From contig KV454013.1 of NCBI GenBank assembly GCA_001661245.1, positions 83,005 through 147,004 of the forward strand: 64,000 nt of DNA, given 5' to 3'. The notes beneath the pieces were generated by a model. The model made no database searches. It worked only from the letters and a program-made list of their open reading frames with translations, and had not been told where the DNA came from. The stretch is from Pachysolen tannophilus NRRL Y-2460. Lineage: Eukaryota. Below are positions 44,850 through 56,050 of the stretch, piece after piece. The position numbers were made by a program, and so were the translations under genes. Each line of letters begins with the position of its first letter. The first letter of the stretch is position 1.

Positions 44850-46580
44850 ATGGAGTTGCCTCAGGATTTGAAACACTTGTTTGCTGGGTGGTTAGAGCAA
44901 GAAGCAAGTCATGCGCTGAAACATGGTAATAAATCTGTGATGTTGTATAATAAGGCCTTGGATAGGTTGAGGAAATGTCCAATGATTATAAAAGAGCCCA
45001 GACAGCTTTTGTCAATTCAGTTTATAGGACCCAAGATAGTTTCTAAATTGAGTTCGAAATTGGTTGATTATTGTGAAGATAATGGGTTTAAAGTACCTGA
45101 ATATTTACTTGAGAGAGATAATCAGGAAGGGAAAAGGAAAAATAATGAGAATGATAAGAATGATGATGGCGGTAATGGAGAAAGTGTTGAACCACCACTG
45201 AAGAAAAGGAGAAAAACTGTTAGGAGGTATGTTCCTGCTAGAAGAAGTGGAGGGTATGCTATATTATTGGTGTTGTTAATCCATGATCCAGAAAGAGAAG
45301 GTATGACTAAAGATGATATTATAAGATATGCAACACCTTATTGTGATACTTCATTTCACTCGAATCCTTCTACTAATCAATTTTATTCTGCATGGATTTC
45401 ACACAAGACCTTAATTAATAGAAATTTGGTAGAAAGTAGCGGGCGACCTTTACAATTTTTTTTAACTGATGAAGGTGTTGAATTAGCAACTTTGTTAAGA
45501 CAAACACATGATCAAGATAATATTATAAATAAGGATAATCAAGTGATTAATGAAAAAAATTCTTGGAATTCAAATTCACCAAATTTATTAGAACAAGAAT
45601 TAATTGTTGATGATTCTAATGAGGAGACAATATCTAATGAACAAATTTTAAATAAATTAATTTTCCATAAAAATCAATATTGTATTTGGGAACTGGGTAC
45701 ATATTCAATTTTATTAGTTATAGATAATAGAGAAATTCGATCACAATCTCAAAGAGATTATTTTACTAAGAAATTTTTTGAACTTGGTATAGATTCCAAG
45801 ACATTACCGTTAACAGTTGGTGATGGGATATGGATAGCTAGAAATGAAAAAACTAATACTGAAGTTGTATTAAATTTTATATTTGAAAGAAAAAGATTAG
45901 ATGATTTAGCTTCAAGTATTAAAGATGGAAGATATCTGGAACAAAAATCTAGATTAAGGAAAACTGGTTTAAAAAATGTTTTTTATATAGTTGAAGAACA
46001 AATGGCATCTGATGTTTCAATGATGGGAGATGCTATTCAAACTTCAATTTCAATGACAATAACAACATCGAATTTTTTCATTAAGAGAACAAAAGATTCT
46101 GATGATACAATCAAATTTTTATCTTTATTAACTGAAAAAATTAAAAATTTTTATTCAAATAAAAAATTAATTGTTATTGAAAAACCTCATGATATTAAGA
46201 CCCAATTAGAATATTCTCAAATTTTACAAAAATTTCAAGCCCAATTTGATACTGATCTTCAAGAAAGTGTTCATAAATTAAGCAATTTCCAATCCATATT
46301 ATCAAAATCAGATATGATTACAGTTAAAGAATTATTTATTAAGATGTTAATGACTATAAAAGGTATGTCTTTAGATAAAGCTTTAAAAATTCAAACACAT
46401 TTTAAAACTCCAAAGAATTTGATTCAAAATTACAGAAACTGTGAAAACATCTCAGATAAGGAAAAATTATTATCAGATTTATTCTGTAACGAAATCACTA
46501 ATAAGAAAATAGGCCCATCTTTAAGTAAAAAAGTTTATGAAATATGGGGTGGAACCTCTATAAAAGAATCCTCTATATAA
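44850..46580 (+). CDS. MUS81: Structure-specific endonuclease Mus81
   Basis: N-terminal HhH, YVPARRSGGYAIL winged helix and ERCC4 nuclease motifs IDNRE, VGD, ERKRLDDLASSIKDGR. Confidence 0.96.
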   Translation: MELPQDLKHLFAGWLEQEASHALKHGNKSVMLYNKALDRLRKCPMIIKEPRQLLSIQFIGPKIVSKLSSKLVDYCEDNGFKVPEYLLERDNQEGKRKNNENDKNDDGGNGESVEPPLKKRRKTVRRYVPARRSGGYAILLVLLIHDPEREGMTKDDIIRYATPYCDTSFHSNPSTNQFYSAWISHKTLINRNLVESSGRPLQFFLTDEGVELATLLRQTHDQDNIINKDNQVINEKNSWNSNSPNLLEQELIVDDSNEETISNEQILNKLIFHKNQYCIWELGTYSILLVIDNREIRSQSQRDYFTKKFFELGIDSKTLPLTVGDGIWIARNEKTNTEVVLNFIFERKRLDDLASSIKDGRYLEQKSRLRKTGLKNVFYIVEEQMASDVSMMGDAIQTSISMTITTSNFFIKRTKDSDDTIKFLSLLTEKIKNFYSNKKLIVIEKPHDIKTQLEYSQILQKFQAQFDTDLQESVHKLSNFQSILSKSDMITVKELFIKMLMTIKGMSLDKALKIQTHFKTPKNLIQNYRNCENISDKEKLLSDLFCNEITNKKIGPSLSKKVYEIWGGTSIKESSI

Positions 46581-47030
46581 AATTAGCATACAAATACAAA
46601 TATATATATAAAACCAACGTCGTGTAGATCAACGCAAAAAGTTGAAAAAGAGTAATTTTTTCTTCTTATTTACCCGTTTTGTTTTTGTTTGTTGGCAGAC
46701 ACACAAAAATAAAAAAAAAGTAATTTTTTGGCAGAGTTTTTTGTTTTTTGAAATCATTTTTAACGGTTAAATAATAGTCTGCAAATAGTTTTACGTGCAA
46801 AATAAACAAACTTGTTTGCTAAAACGGCACGACCTTTCGTTTTTCTTAACAAAAATATTTTTCCAAAATATTTCAAAAAAATTTGCTTAATATGTCCAAT
46901 TATTATTCAAACTATCAACATTTAAGAGAGTGAAAGAGATAGAGTTAAAATCATTCTATTATTATAAATTTTTTATAAAAAAAAAATTTTTTTTTTTTTT
47001 TTTTCTAGGAGTTGACAAACAATTTATCAA

Positions 47031-47960
47031 ATGGGGAAAGGAGTTGCAAAGTTTGGAGGCAAGTCTGGGATCTTGCCTCTTCCAAGACAAATTTTTAAAC
47101 AACCAATTAAGCCTTTAAAGATTGAACATAATCCTAATATTGGTTATGCTCCTGATGTTAAACATCCAAGAGGTTCAACAAGAGAACCAATATATCCAAA
47201 AGTTGTTCCTGTGGAAGAACGTATTGTGAAGACGATTGCTCTGCCAAAGCGTAATTTTACTGAAGAAGAATTTGGGAAACTTCCAATACTGCAACAATGG
47301 AAATTGAAAAATTCTGCATTACGTCGTGATTATTTAAAAGATAGTTATTGGAAAGAAGCTAAAAGATTAGAATTAAAAGAGGCAAGGGAAGAAGAAGCTA
47401 AGAAGAAATTAGAAGAAGAAATTAAAAAAGCACAACAATATGAAGAATCTACAGCTTCTAAATTAACATTACCATCTGTTGAACAATATTTAAAAGGACC
47501 AATTATGAGACAAAGAACTGAAGCAGAAACAAAAGAATTACAAGCAAAGAGAAAATTAAATTTATTAAATCATGAGTTAAGATTAAAAGAGAAAAAAGCT
47601 CTGGATTTGTTGGAATTATATAATGCTTCTACACAATTCATCATTACAGAAGAACAATTACTGGATGCTGTATCAAAAGCATTTGATACCAATAGTTCTT
47701 ACTCATCAGCATTTTCCACAACACAAACTTTCAAATCCTTATCTTCTACTTCAAATTCAAGAGTTAGTGTTGGTAACGACATTGATACTGCAATAGCTAA
47801 TGCTTTATTAGGAAGAGTAAATGGAGGTCCAGATTTAAATGATGTTAAAGATACATTACATGGAGAAACTTATAAATTAGTTGAAGAAGCTGGAAAAAAT
47901 TTCTCTGAAATGCTACAAAAAGACCAACAAAAATATGAAAAAAAATATAAAGATAATTAA
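47031..47960 (+). CDS. PET123: Mitochondrial ribosomal small-subunit protein Pet123 (mS26)
   Basis: N-terminus MGKGVAKFGGKSGILP, GYAPDVKHPRGSTR and LTLPSVE..L.GPIMRQRT. Confidence 0.9.
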   Translation: MGKGVAKFGGKSGILPLPRQIFKQPIKPLKIEHNPNIGYAPDVKHPRGSTREPIYPKVVPVEERIVKTIALPKRNFTEEEFGKLPILQQWKLKNSALRRDYLKDSYWKEAKRLELKEAREEEAKKKLEEEIKKAQQYEESTASKLTLPSVEQYLKGPIMRQRTEAETKELQAKRKLNLLNHELRLKEKKALDLLELYNASTQFIITEEQLLDAVSKAFDTNSSYSSAFSTTQTFKSLSSTSNSRVSVGNDIDTAIANALLGRVNGGPDLNDVKDTLHGETYKLVEEAGKNFSEMLQKDQQKYEKKYKDN

Positions 47961-48095
47961 AGAAAATAAAACAAGTACAAAATAATTTTTATTTTTATGT
48001 TTCTTTTTGTTTTGTAAATAGTTAACTAAATTATGAATAAATAATTTTATACATAAAAACATCTATAGTACACAATTTTTTTTTCTCTCTTCTCT

Positions 48096-48452
48096 TTATG
48101 CTTCACCAATCAAAGTAATATTATCACCTTTTAACATTATTCTACCCAATTTTCTTTTAGAATCTTTTTTCAAATCCATTTCTACAGCTTCATCTATTAC
48201 AATATTCATAAACTCATCAAACCCTTTGATCTTCCCCTGTATTCTCAAAGCAGTCTGCTCATACAACCAAATATTCACTGTTGACTGCTGTTGTAAAAGC
48301 TTAAATAAAAGATTAATTGGTGGTATCATCTATAAAAAAAAAAAAAAAAAAATTATTAATGATGTTAATATTACTGGAAATATTTCAAACTAGAAAAATC
48401 AATAAAATTAAATAATTAAACTTACCACTTTCTGTTGCCGTCTCCCACTCAT
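48096..48452 (-). CDS. SME1: snRNP core protein SmE, two exons: 48452..48426 and 48329..48096
   Basis: Spliced product MSGRRQQKV-MIPPINLLF..IWLYEQ..GFDEFMNIVIDEA..GRIMLKGDNITLI. Confidence 0.95.
48330..48425 (-). other. Spliceosomal intron in SME1 (96 nt)
   Basis: Donor GTAAGT, branch-like TATTAAC, poly-T tract and TAG acceptor. Phase 0. Confidence 0.88.
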
Positions 48453-48674
48453 CTTGAAATAATCTTTAAAAATTTAACCAATCACTAGATAATCAAAAAC
48501 CAATATAGATTTATATATATATATAGATATACTATTTTTTTATCACTAAATAATTAAAATAACTTCTTCTTTTATACACCATGTTCAACCATTTCAATTT
48601 CAATTTCCATATAAAAAGAGAGGGAAAAATAGAAATGTAGTGGTGAAAAATACCAATTTCCAAATTCGGAAATT

Positions 48675-48709
<35 letters not shown>

Positions 48710-49161
48710 GGTTTTTTTCATTTTGGTCAAAAATAGCGGTGAAAAGTGAAAAGGTGCTCCGTTAGTATTAGTATTAAGATGAAGAGAAATAATAGTTGAT
48801 TTGAATTTTTTTATATCAATTTTTCAATTTTTCAGTTTTTTAATTTTTTTTTCTTAAAAGGATTTGATCTATTGTTTGAATAATAGGGTTTATAATCTTG
48901 AAAGCTAAGAGGAGGTTTTTTAAGGTTTTATTCTTGATTTGAACCTGATTTATTTTTTTTTTGATTATTATTATTACATTATTGATTACAAGTTGTCTTG
49001 AATTGGTTTCTGATATTATATGTTAATATTAGGATAGATATATTTAGATATATTATTTGATCATTATTTGATTGAGCGCTATAATCAAAAAAACAATTTC
49101 AATTTTTGTTGTACTGGGGAGGGTAGCTCTTTTTTTTTTTTTTTTAAGCCATTTTGCCATT

Positions 49162-52086
49162 ATGTCAAACGGTACAATTACACTTGAACTGCTTCAGCAG
49201 GCATTACAAACAATGTATAGTAATGTCAGTAATGATGTAAAACATCAAGCAAATAATTATTTGGAGAATTTCCAAAAATCACAAGAAGCGTGGAATGTTG
49301 TTTTTGAAGTTTTAAATAATTCATCTTCAAGTCCTGATTTACTTTTATTAAAAATGTTTTGTGCTCAAACTTTAAGATCTAAAATTAGTTATGATTTACA
49401 TCAATTACCAAGAGAATCATTACAAGGTTTAAAAGATTCTATTATTAATTTAATTATAACTTATGAAAGGCAATCACAAAAAATTATATTTGTTCAATTA
49501 TGTGTTTCATTAGCAAATTTTGCATTACAATTTTTAGAATGGAAAAATTGTATAGAAGAAGTTATTAGTAAATTTTCATCATCAAATTGTCTTATTTCAA
49601 TGTTGGAATTTTTAAAAGTTTTACCTGAAGAATTATCCGATGTTAAAAAGACACCATTAACGGATGAAGAATTCATGAAAAGAGTTCATGAATTAATTAC
49701 TGATAATGTGAAAAAAGTATTATTGGTATTGAGTGAATTATCTAATAATAGATCAGCAAATCCTCCTCAAATAAATTCTTTAATTTTAGAAGTAATAAAT
49801 TCTTGGATAAAAGAAATTCCAGTTGAAAGAATATTATCAATAAATTCAATTGCTTCATTGATTTTTGAAAGTATAACTCAAGATGATACTTTTGAAACTT
49901 CAATTGAATGTTTATGTACAATAATAAGAGAAACAGGATGTATTCAACAATCAGATATAATGAGAGCATTATGTCAACAATTATTAAATTTAAAAGTATT
50001 TTTGGTGGAAAATAAAGATGATCCTGAAAAAATTGAAGGTTTAACAAGATTATTTTCAGAAGCAGGTGATTCATGGCATGCTCTTATTGCATTATCACCA
50101 AAAGAATTTAAACCTCTTGTTGAAATAATACTAGAATTAACTGCTTATGATGAAGATTTGGATGTTGTTAAATATACTTTTTATTTTTGGTATCAATTGA
50201 AACAAATGCTCATTCTTGAAAATTTTAAAGAAGCTAGATTAGAATTTAGCGATATTTATTTAAAATTAGTCGCTGTTATCATTAAACATTTACAATATCC
50301 TATTTCACAATCTAACCCATCATCAACTAATACTACAGAATTATTTAATGGAGATAGAGAATTAGAAGATAAATTTAAAGATTTTAGATATGATATGGGT
50401 GATATCTTGAAAGATTGCTGTGCAGTGGTTGGATCAGAAACTGCATTATCCATCCCCTTCCAACAGATCCAACTGTATTGTGCATCTCCATCTCAAATGC
50501 CTTGGCAACAAATTGAAGCGCCATTATTTTCCTTAAGAGCTATGGCTAAAGAAGTTGATCCAAATGAAAATAAAATTATGCCTGAAATTATGAAACTATT
50601 GATTCAATTACCAGAAAATAATAAAATTAGATATGCTGCAACATTAGTACTTGGAAGGTATACTGAGTGGACAGCAAAACATCCAGAATTTTTAGAAGTT
50701 CAGTTGAATTATATTACAAATGGATTTCAAGTTGCAAGTAAAGATGTGAAAACAGCAGCAGCACATGCTCTAATGTATTTCTGTCAAGATTGTTCAGCAT
50801 TGTTAGTTAATTATTTAGAGCAATTATTCGAGTTCTACAACAATGTATCTGATTCGTTAGATTTAACGAGCTTATACGAAGTCACAGATGGAATTGCTCA
50901 TATATTAAAAGAAATTGATGATGATGATAAACTTTATCACATTGCGTCTATGTTTTGGGGACCAACTTTAGAAAAATTAAATGGCTATTTGAACTTAAAT
51001 CAGATTTCAGATGAAATTAACACTAAAATAGCAGATGAAATTGAATTAATTACCATTTATGTTGGAGTTTTAAGGGCTAAGAATTTCAGGTCCCAAATAT
51101 CATCATCTATAGCTACTAATCCGATATCTAAACTTGTTATTGAAACCTGTTGGCCAATAGTTTCCAAATTGGTGAACAAATATGGACATTCTTTGAAAGT
51201 TAGTGAGAGGTGTTTAAAATTTGTCAAGGCCACTGTGGTGTCTCTTGGTATCTATATTACACCAATTCTTCCTGAGATTGAACATTTATTAATTCATGGG
51301 TTCAAAAAATTCAAATTTGGATGCTATTTATGGGTTAGTGGTATAGTGATTAGAGAAATAAGTCACTCCAATTATAATGAATTAAAGGAAAGTATATGGA
51401 AGTTTTCTTACCAACAATCAATAAATTTTATAGAATTCTTGAATAATTCATCTTCACCACAGACAACTGTGGCTAAAGAATTCCCAGATTTAATTGAAGA
51501 TTTTTTCAGAATGGCTAATGACATATTGATGTTTTATCCTTCTAATTTTATTGCAGATGAAAACTTATTATCAAAAGTATATGATGTTGCCATTATGTCA
51601 TTGAGCAACATTGATAACTTTGATCCTTTAATAGCTACATTACATTTTTTGATTGATTTATATTCATGGGGGTTTGAAAATATTCCTATTTCTTTCTTTG
51701 ATCTGGATGAGGAACAAATCAGCAAAGATACTTTACTTAAAACTAGAACTAATTTATTAAATTTTGCTAGAGTTACAGGTGCAAATTTAACTGTTTTCTT
51801 ACTCAATGGATTGGTATTTAGGTTCCCAGTCGACTGTATTCTAGATGCTTCCGATTTATTGACTAAAATTTTGAAATTATCTTCTAATGATGAAGAGGCA
51901 ATTACATGGTTAGATAATGCATTAAAGAGTTTAGATAATGTTAGTGAAAAGGAAAGAATGAAGTTATTAGGGAATGTGAAGGTTGCTATAAATAACGGGG
52001 ATTTCAGAAGAGTTAGAACAAGTATTAAGGATTTTGTTAATTGGTATACTAGAAAGAATATAAGGTCAAGTAACTTGACTGCATGA
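49162..52086 (+). CDS. MTR10: Importin-beta family karyopherin Mtr10 (transportin-SR)
   Basis: FCAQTLRSKISYDL, FRYDMGDILKDC, EAPLFSLRAMA and RYAATLVLGRYTEWTAKHPE. ATG at 49162. Confidence 0.95.
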   Translation: MSNGTITLELLQQALQTMYSNVSNDVKHQANNYLENFQKSQEAWNVVFEVLNNSSSSPDLLLLKMFCAQTLRSKISYDLHQLPRESLQGLKDSIINLIITYERQSQKIIFVQLCVSLANFALQFLEWKNCIEEVISKFSSSNCLISMLEFLKVLPEELSDVKKTPLTDEEFMKRVHELITDNVKKVLLVLSELSNNRSANPPQINSLILEVINSWIKEIPVERILSINSIASLIFESITQDDTFETSIECLCTIIRETGCIQQSDIMRALCQQLLNLKVFLVENKDDPEKIEGLTRLFSEAGDSWHALIALSPKEFKPLVEIILELTAYDEDLDVVKYTFYFWYQLKQMLILENFKEARLEFSDIYLKLVAVIIKHLQYPISQSNPSSTNTTELFNGDRELEDKFKDFRYDMGDILKDCCAVVGSETALSIPFQQIQLYCASPSQMPWQQIEAPLFSLRAMAKEVDPNENKIMPEIMKLLIQLPENNKIRYAATLVLGRYTEWTAKHPEFLEVQLNYITNGFQVASKDVKTAAAHALMYFCQDCSALLVNYLEQLFEFYNNVSDSLDLTSLYEVTDGIAHILKEIDDDDKLYHIASMFWGPTLEKLNGYLNLNQISDEINTKIADEIELITIYVGVLRAKNFRSQISSSIATNPISKLVIETCWPIVSKLVNKYGHSLKVSERCLKFVKATVVSLGIYITPILPEIEHLLIHGFKKFKFGCYLWVSGIVIREISHSNYNELKESIWKFSYQQSINFIEFLNNSSSPQTTVAKEFPDLIEDFFRMANDILMFYPSNFIADENLLSKVYDVAIMSLSNIDNFDPLIATLHFLIDLYSWGFENIPISFFDLDEEQISKDTLLKTRTNLLNFARVTGANLTVFLLNGLVFRFPVDCILDASDLLTKILKLSSNDEEAITWLDNALKSLDNVSEKERMKLLGNVKVAINNGDFRRVRTSIKDFVNWYTRKNIRSSNLTA

Positions 52087-52487
52087 ATTAAAAAATTATT
52101 CCATTTACCTTTCGTTTTTTTTATATATTTTTCTTTTTCTTTTTTTATTCTATTTATTCACCGGATTTTATTTGATGCTCACTTTGTACCATTTAGTTTG
52201 AATTCAGATTGTTCAAAAATTAATATTTATAAACCAAAAAGAAAGAAAAAAAGGAAAGGAAAGAAAAGAAAAGAAAAAAAAAATTAGCATTTAATCACAT
52301 GGATTATTTTTTAAAAGAAAAAAAAAAGCTTGTACTTCTACAGCAAAAGTGGTGATGTTGTTTAAAGGTTCCATCTTCAGTAGTCGTATTTCTGTTTAAA
52401 TCATGCTAATAATTTGTATTTAGTTTGCAAACAAAATAAATAAATAAATAAATAAATAAATGAAATGAAATGAAATGTTCCTTTTTT

Positions 52488-53319
52488 TCAAGATTTCAGA
52501 TCTTCAATTGATTTTACATCATCAATTGGTTGGTTATTTTCTGATCTTGTATTTCTTATAGTTTCCCATAAATCACTATCACATAAAACTTTTATATTTT
52601 CAATGTACAATGAATAAGGTCCATATTGACCATCCGTTATACCTATTCCAATAGATTTTATTCGTTCCCTTTCCATTTCAGATTGGTATTGATTCAGTAA
52701 TCTTCCTCTATTAGTTAATACAAAATCGTCCAATGGTATGATTACAGTTTCCCATTTTCCTGGATTATTTAAAAATATTCTATGTTGAAATAAATCTGTT
52801 CTTGAAGGATTATCAGTTTGTATATTTAAAAAATATTTTCTATTATCACCTTTTACTCTTAATACTAATGAATGATAAAATGAAAAATCCCATTTGTAAT
52901 TCCCAAAATAATCTGTTAAATAAAAAAGTTTATGTTGATAATTATTCTTATGCTTTGTTCTAAACATTGCCCAACCACTATGCAAAACTTTTGGATTTTT
53001 CTTTGGAGTATCTAAATTCAAAATACCATGGAAATGAGCACAAGTCAAAGGTTTATTTTGTACTCTATCAATTTCCATAAAACAAGTAGAATAACCACCT
53101 AATTCTTGGTCACACCTAGTTATAATTTGACTTAATTCATATGGTTTGGTAAAATCCAATACCGTCATTGTATTTTTCATAACAGGTGGTGAAAAAGCTA
53201 AATTACAAAATTTAGTTAGTTAATTGAAAAAGCAAAAAAATAAGGAAAAAGAAAGAAAAAAAAAACTTACTGCTCTTCAACCCATCTTTAAAAATAGATA
53301 ATAACCTATTCTTAAACAT
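52488..53319 (-). CDS. CIA30: Complex I assembly factor CIA30/NDUFAF1, two exons: 53319..53271 and 53197..52488
   Basis: CDQELGGYST, SGWAMFRT, LRVKGDNRKYFLNIQT and DLFQHRIF. The upstream exon supplies a presequence MFKNRLLSIFKDGLKS in frame. Confidence 0.9.
53198..53270 (-). other. Spliceosomal intron in CIA30 (73 nt)
   Basis: Donor GTAAGT, branch AACTAAC, acceptor TTTAG. Phase 1, frame preserved. Confidence 0.85.
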
Positions 53320-53963
53320 ACTTCTTGATGTCCAGTATCAATTCTTTTTAATTAGTAGTAAATTGTACCGTAGTTCTTACTTCTCATTCCTCTATATTAT
53401 TGTATATACAAACCTTAACGTACAGTACAGTATAAATATTGCATTTTGTATATGATTTTTTGTATTGGCACACGCACGACTTTTTGTCTTTCTCTTTTTG
53501 AAAAAAAAAACTCCCAAAACAGCCCCCATTTATTGTGTATGTAAGGATTACGTAATCTTTTTTTCTTTGTTCCCTTTTTAGTATATTTGCTTGCTTTTAA
53601 ACACTACTCTTATAACGTATATTGTGCTTGAGTTCACTACCTTATACAAAGTCGTGTGTTTTTGTCTCCAAATTGTCAAATTTCGAAAGGTATTAATTGC
53701 TGTGAAACTTTAAAATGCACAAACGTCAACAAATAGCAATGTTTCTGTCTCGCCGCACACCCTGCATCTTCTTTTAAGGTGCAACAGAATAATATTCTTA
53801 ACTATTTTGTCCTATTGCTGTGAATCAAAAACTACAGATAATAATAGTTACTCTGAAAATAATTTATATAAAAATATTTAAAAGAATTTTTCAGAAAAAT
53901 TGGTCAATTGGTTTACAAAAAAGTATTTTAATTTTTTCATTAATTTAAAATTAAAGAAAAAAA

Positions 53964-53994
<31 letters not shown>

Positions 53995-54010
53995 CGAAAA
54001 TTCTGTTTAC

Positions 54011-55609
54011 ATGTCACAAAACGCATCAAGTCCTCCTCCAACTTATCAACCGCAACCACACCCGGGTTATGATCAATCATCATCACACGATAGTAGCAAT
54101 AATACTTTTAATAAACAACAACAAGAAAATGATATAGAAAGAAATGATGAAAAAAGGCCAGATGGAAGTTTTGATACTTATAAACCACAACCTTCTGAAA
54201 ATTTCGATGACTCTTTTAAAGTTGCAAAACCTTGGTTTAATGATTGGCCTTTTACTATATTATTTACTGCTACTCTCGCTGGTTTTATTTGTGTTGCTGT
54301 AATTACTATTAAAGAATATTCAGAAAATTACGGATTTCAAGGTAGTTCGATTTATAATTCTGGTAATGATTTTTCATTGAATTCTAATACAATCATATTG
54401 TTTGCCTTTGTCATTGCAATTTCTATGGTTTTATCCTTTTTAAGTATTTTATGGGCAAGATTATCTCCTAGGAGTTATATTATTACTGCATTGATTTGTA
54501 ACGTTATATTTGGAATTGGTACTGCTATTGCATACTTTGTTATGCATTACTATAGCGCTGCAATAGTTTTTCTTGTAATAACATTAATCAATATTTGGTG
54601 TTATTGGTCAATGAGAAGTAGAATCCCATTCTCATGTACTGTATTAACAATTATAATTGACGTTATGAAATGGCATCCAACAACTTTACTCATTAGTGTC
54701 ATTGGACTTATAGTAAGTGGAATGTTTAGTGCTTTATTTTCAGTCACTGTTGTAGCAACTTATATCAAATATCAACCAAATAGTAATAATCCAAGTTGTA
54801 CTTCTGGTTCATGCTCAAAATCAAAACTTATTGGAATCTTGGTTTTTGTATTTTTTGCAGGTTATTACATATCAGAAGTTATCAAAAATGTTATTCATGT
54901 AACTATAAGTGGTGTTTATGGTACTTGGTATTACCTTTCAAAATCAGATCAAGGTGTTCCTAGATTTCCAGCTCTTGGTGCTTTTAGAAGAGCAATGACT
55001 TATTCTTTTGGTCCAATTTGTTTTGGTTCATTAATTGTAGCTCTTGTTCAATTATTAAAGCAATTTATTCAAATCATGAGACAAAATGCAATGAACAATA
55101 ATGATATGTGTGGTTCAATAACAGCCGTTTGCTTTGAATGTATTATTTATATTGTTGATTGGCTGTTAAGATATTTCAATCAATATGCCTACTCTTATGT
55201 TGCATTATATGGTAAAAGTTATCTTAGATCAGCAAAAGATACTTGGCAAATTTTACGTTATAAAGGTATTGATGCCTTGTGTAACGATTGCTTGATTGGT
55301 ACCAGTTTATCAATGATTTCAATGTTTGTTGCATATGTGGCATCATTATTTGCTTATTTGTACTTGAAGTGTACTAAACCAGAATATAACTCTGATGGTG
55401 GATTTTACGCACCAGTGGTTGCATATACATTTGTTGTATCAATGCAAATCAGTAATATCACCAACTCTGTTATCAGAAGCGGTGTAACAACTTTTTTCGT
55501 TGCTTTAGCAAAAGATCCGGAAGTCTTTATGTTGTCCTATAGAGACAAGTTTGATGAAGTCTTACAAAATTATCCTAATGTATTAGAAAAAATTACAGCT
55601 GATAACTAA
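54011..55609 (+). CDS. PNS1: Pns1, choline transporter-like (CTL) family
   Basis: RSRIPFS, YISEVIKNVIHVTISGVYGTWYY, RAMTYSFGPICFGSLIV and YFNQYAYSYVALYGK. ATG at 54011. Confidence 0.94.
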   Translation: MSQNASSPPPTYQPQPHPGYDQSSSHDSSNNTFNKQQQENDIERNDEKRPDGSFDTYKPQPSENFDDSFKVAKPWFNDWPFTILFTATLAGFICVAVITIKEYSENYGFQGSSIYNSGNDFSLNSNTIILFAFVIAISMVLSFLSILWARLSPRSYIITALICNVIFGIGTAIAYFVMHYYSAAIVFLVITLINIWCYWSMRSRIPFSCTVLTIIIDVMKWHPTTLLISVIGLIVSGMFSALFSVTVVATYIKYQPNSNNPSCTSGSCSKSKLIGILVFVFFAGYYISEVIKNVIHVTISGVYGTWYYLSKSDQGVPRFPALGAFRRAMTYSFGPICFGSLIVALVQLLKQFIQIMRQNAMNNNDMCGSITAVCFECIIYIVDWLLRYFNQYAYSYVALYGKSYLRSAKDTWQILRYKGIDALCNDCLIGTSLSMISMFVAYVASLFAYLYLKCTKPEYNSDGGFYAPVVAYTFVVSMQISNITNSVIRSGVTTFFVALAKDPEVFMLSYRDKFDEVLQNYPNVLEKITADN

Positions 55610-56050
55610 ATTAATAAATTATTATTATAGCTCATTAGCTGTGAAAAGTATTTTCCTACAATTTTTAAGCTTGTTTTATTTATAATATTATTCTGTTTCT
55701 TCAATTTTTTTTTTTTATTTTTTAATTTCTACTTTTTCCAATTATATTATTACCTTTTGGAAAACTTTTTATCTTTACTCTTGGTTCATTTAATTTGTTT
55801 TAATATTTCAAAATTTTATTTTAAATGAATTGTAGTTAAAATGAAGAAAACCTAAATCGTTTATATTTAAAAAATAAAAAAAAAAAAAAACACACTTTTA
55901 AAATGATATTCAAAAGAATAATAGAGTAGAATAAAAGAGGACGAAATAGAAGTAAAAAAAAATAAAATATTTCTCAATAAAAAATTTGAATAAAAGGGTA
56001 TTGGGGGGTATCTAAACCTTTTTATGTTAAAAAAAAAAAAAAACTCTACT

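Noticed and set aside
12954..52086. Functional clustering of RNA-processing and import genes (SPP2, SMN-like, SXM1, SME1, MTR10)
   Set aside because: They are interspersed with unrelated housekeeping genes over about 40 kb, which is compatible with chance.
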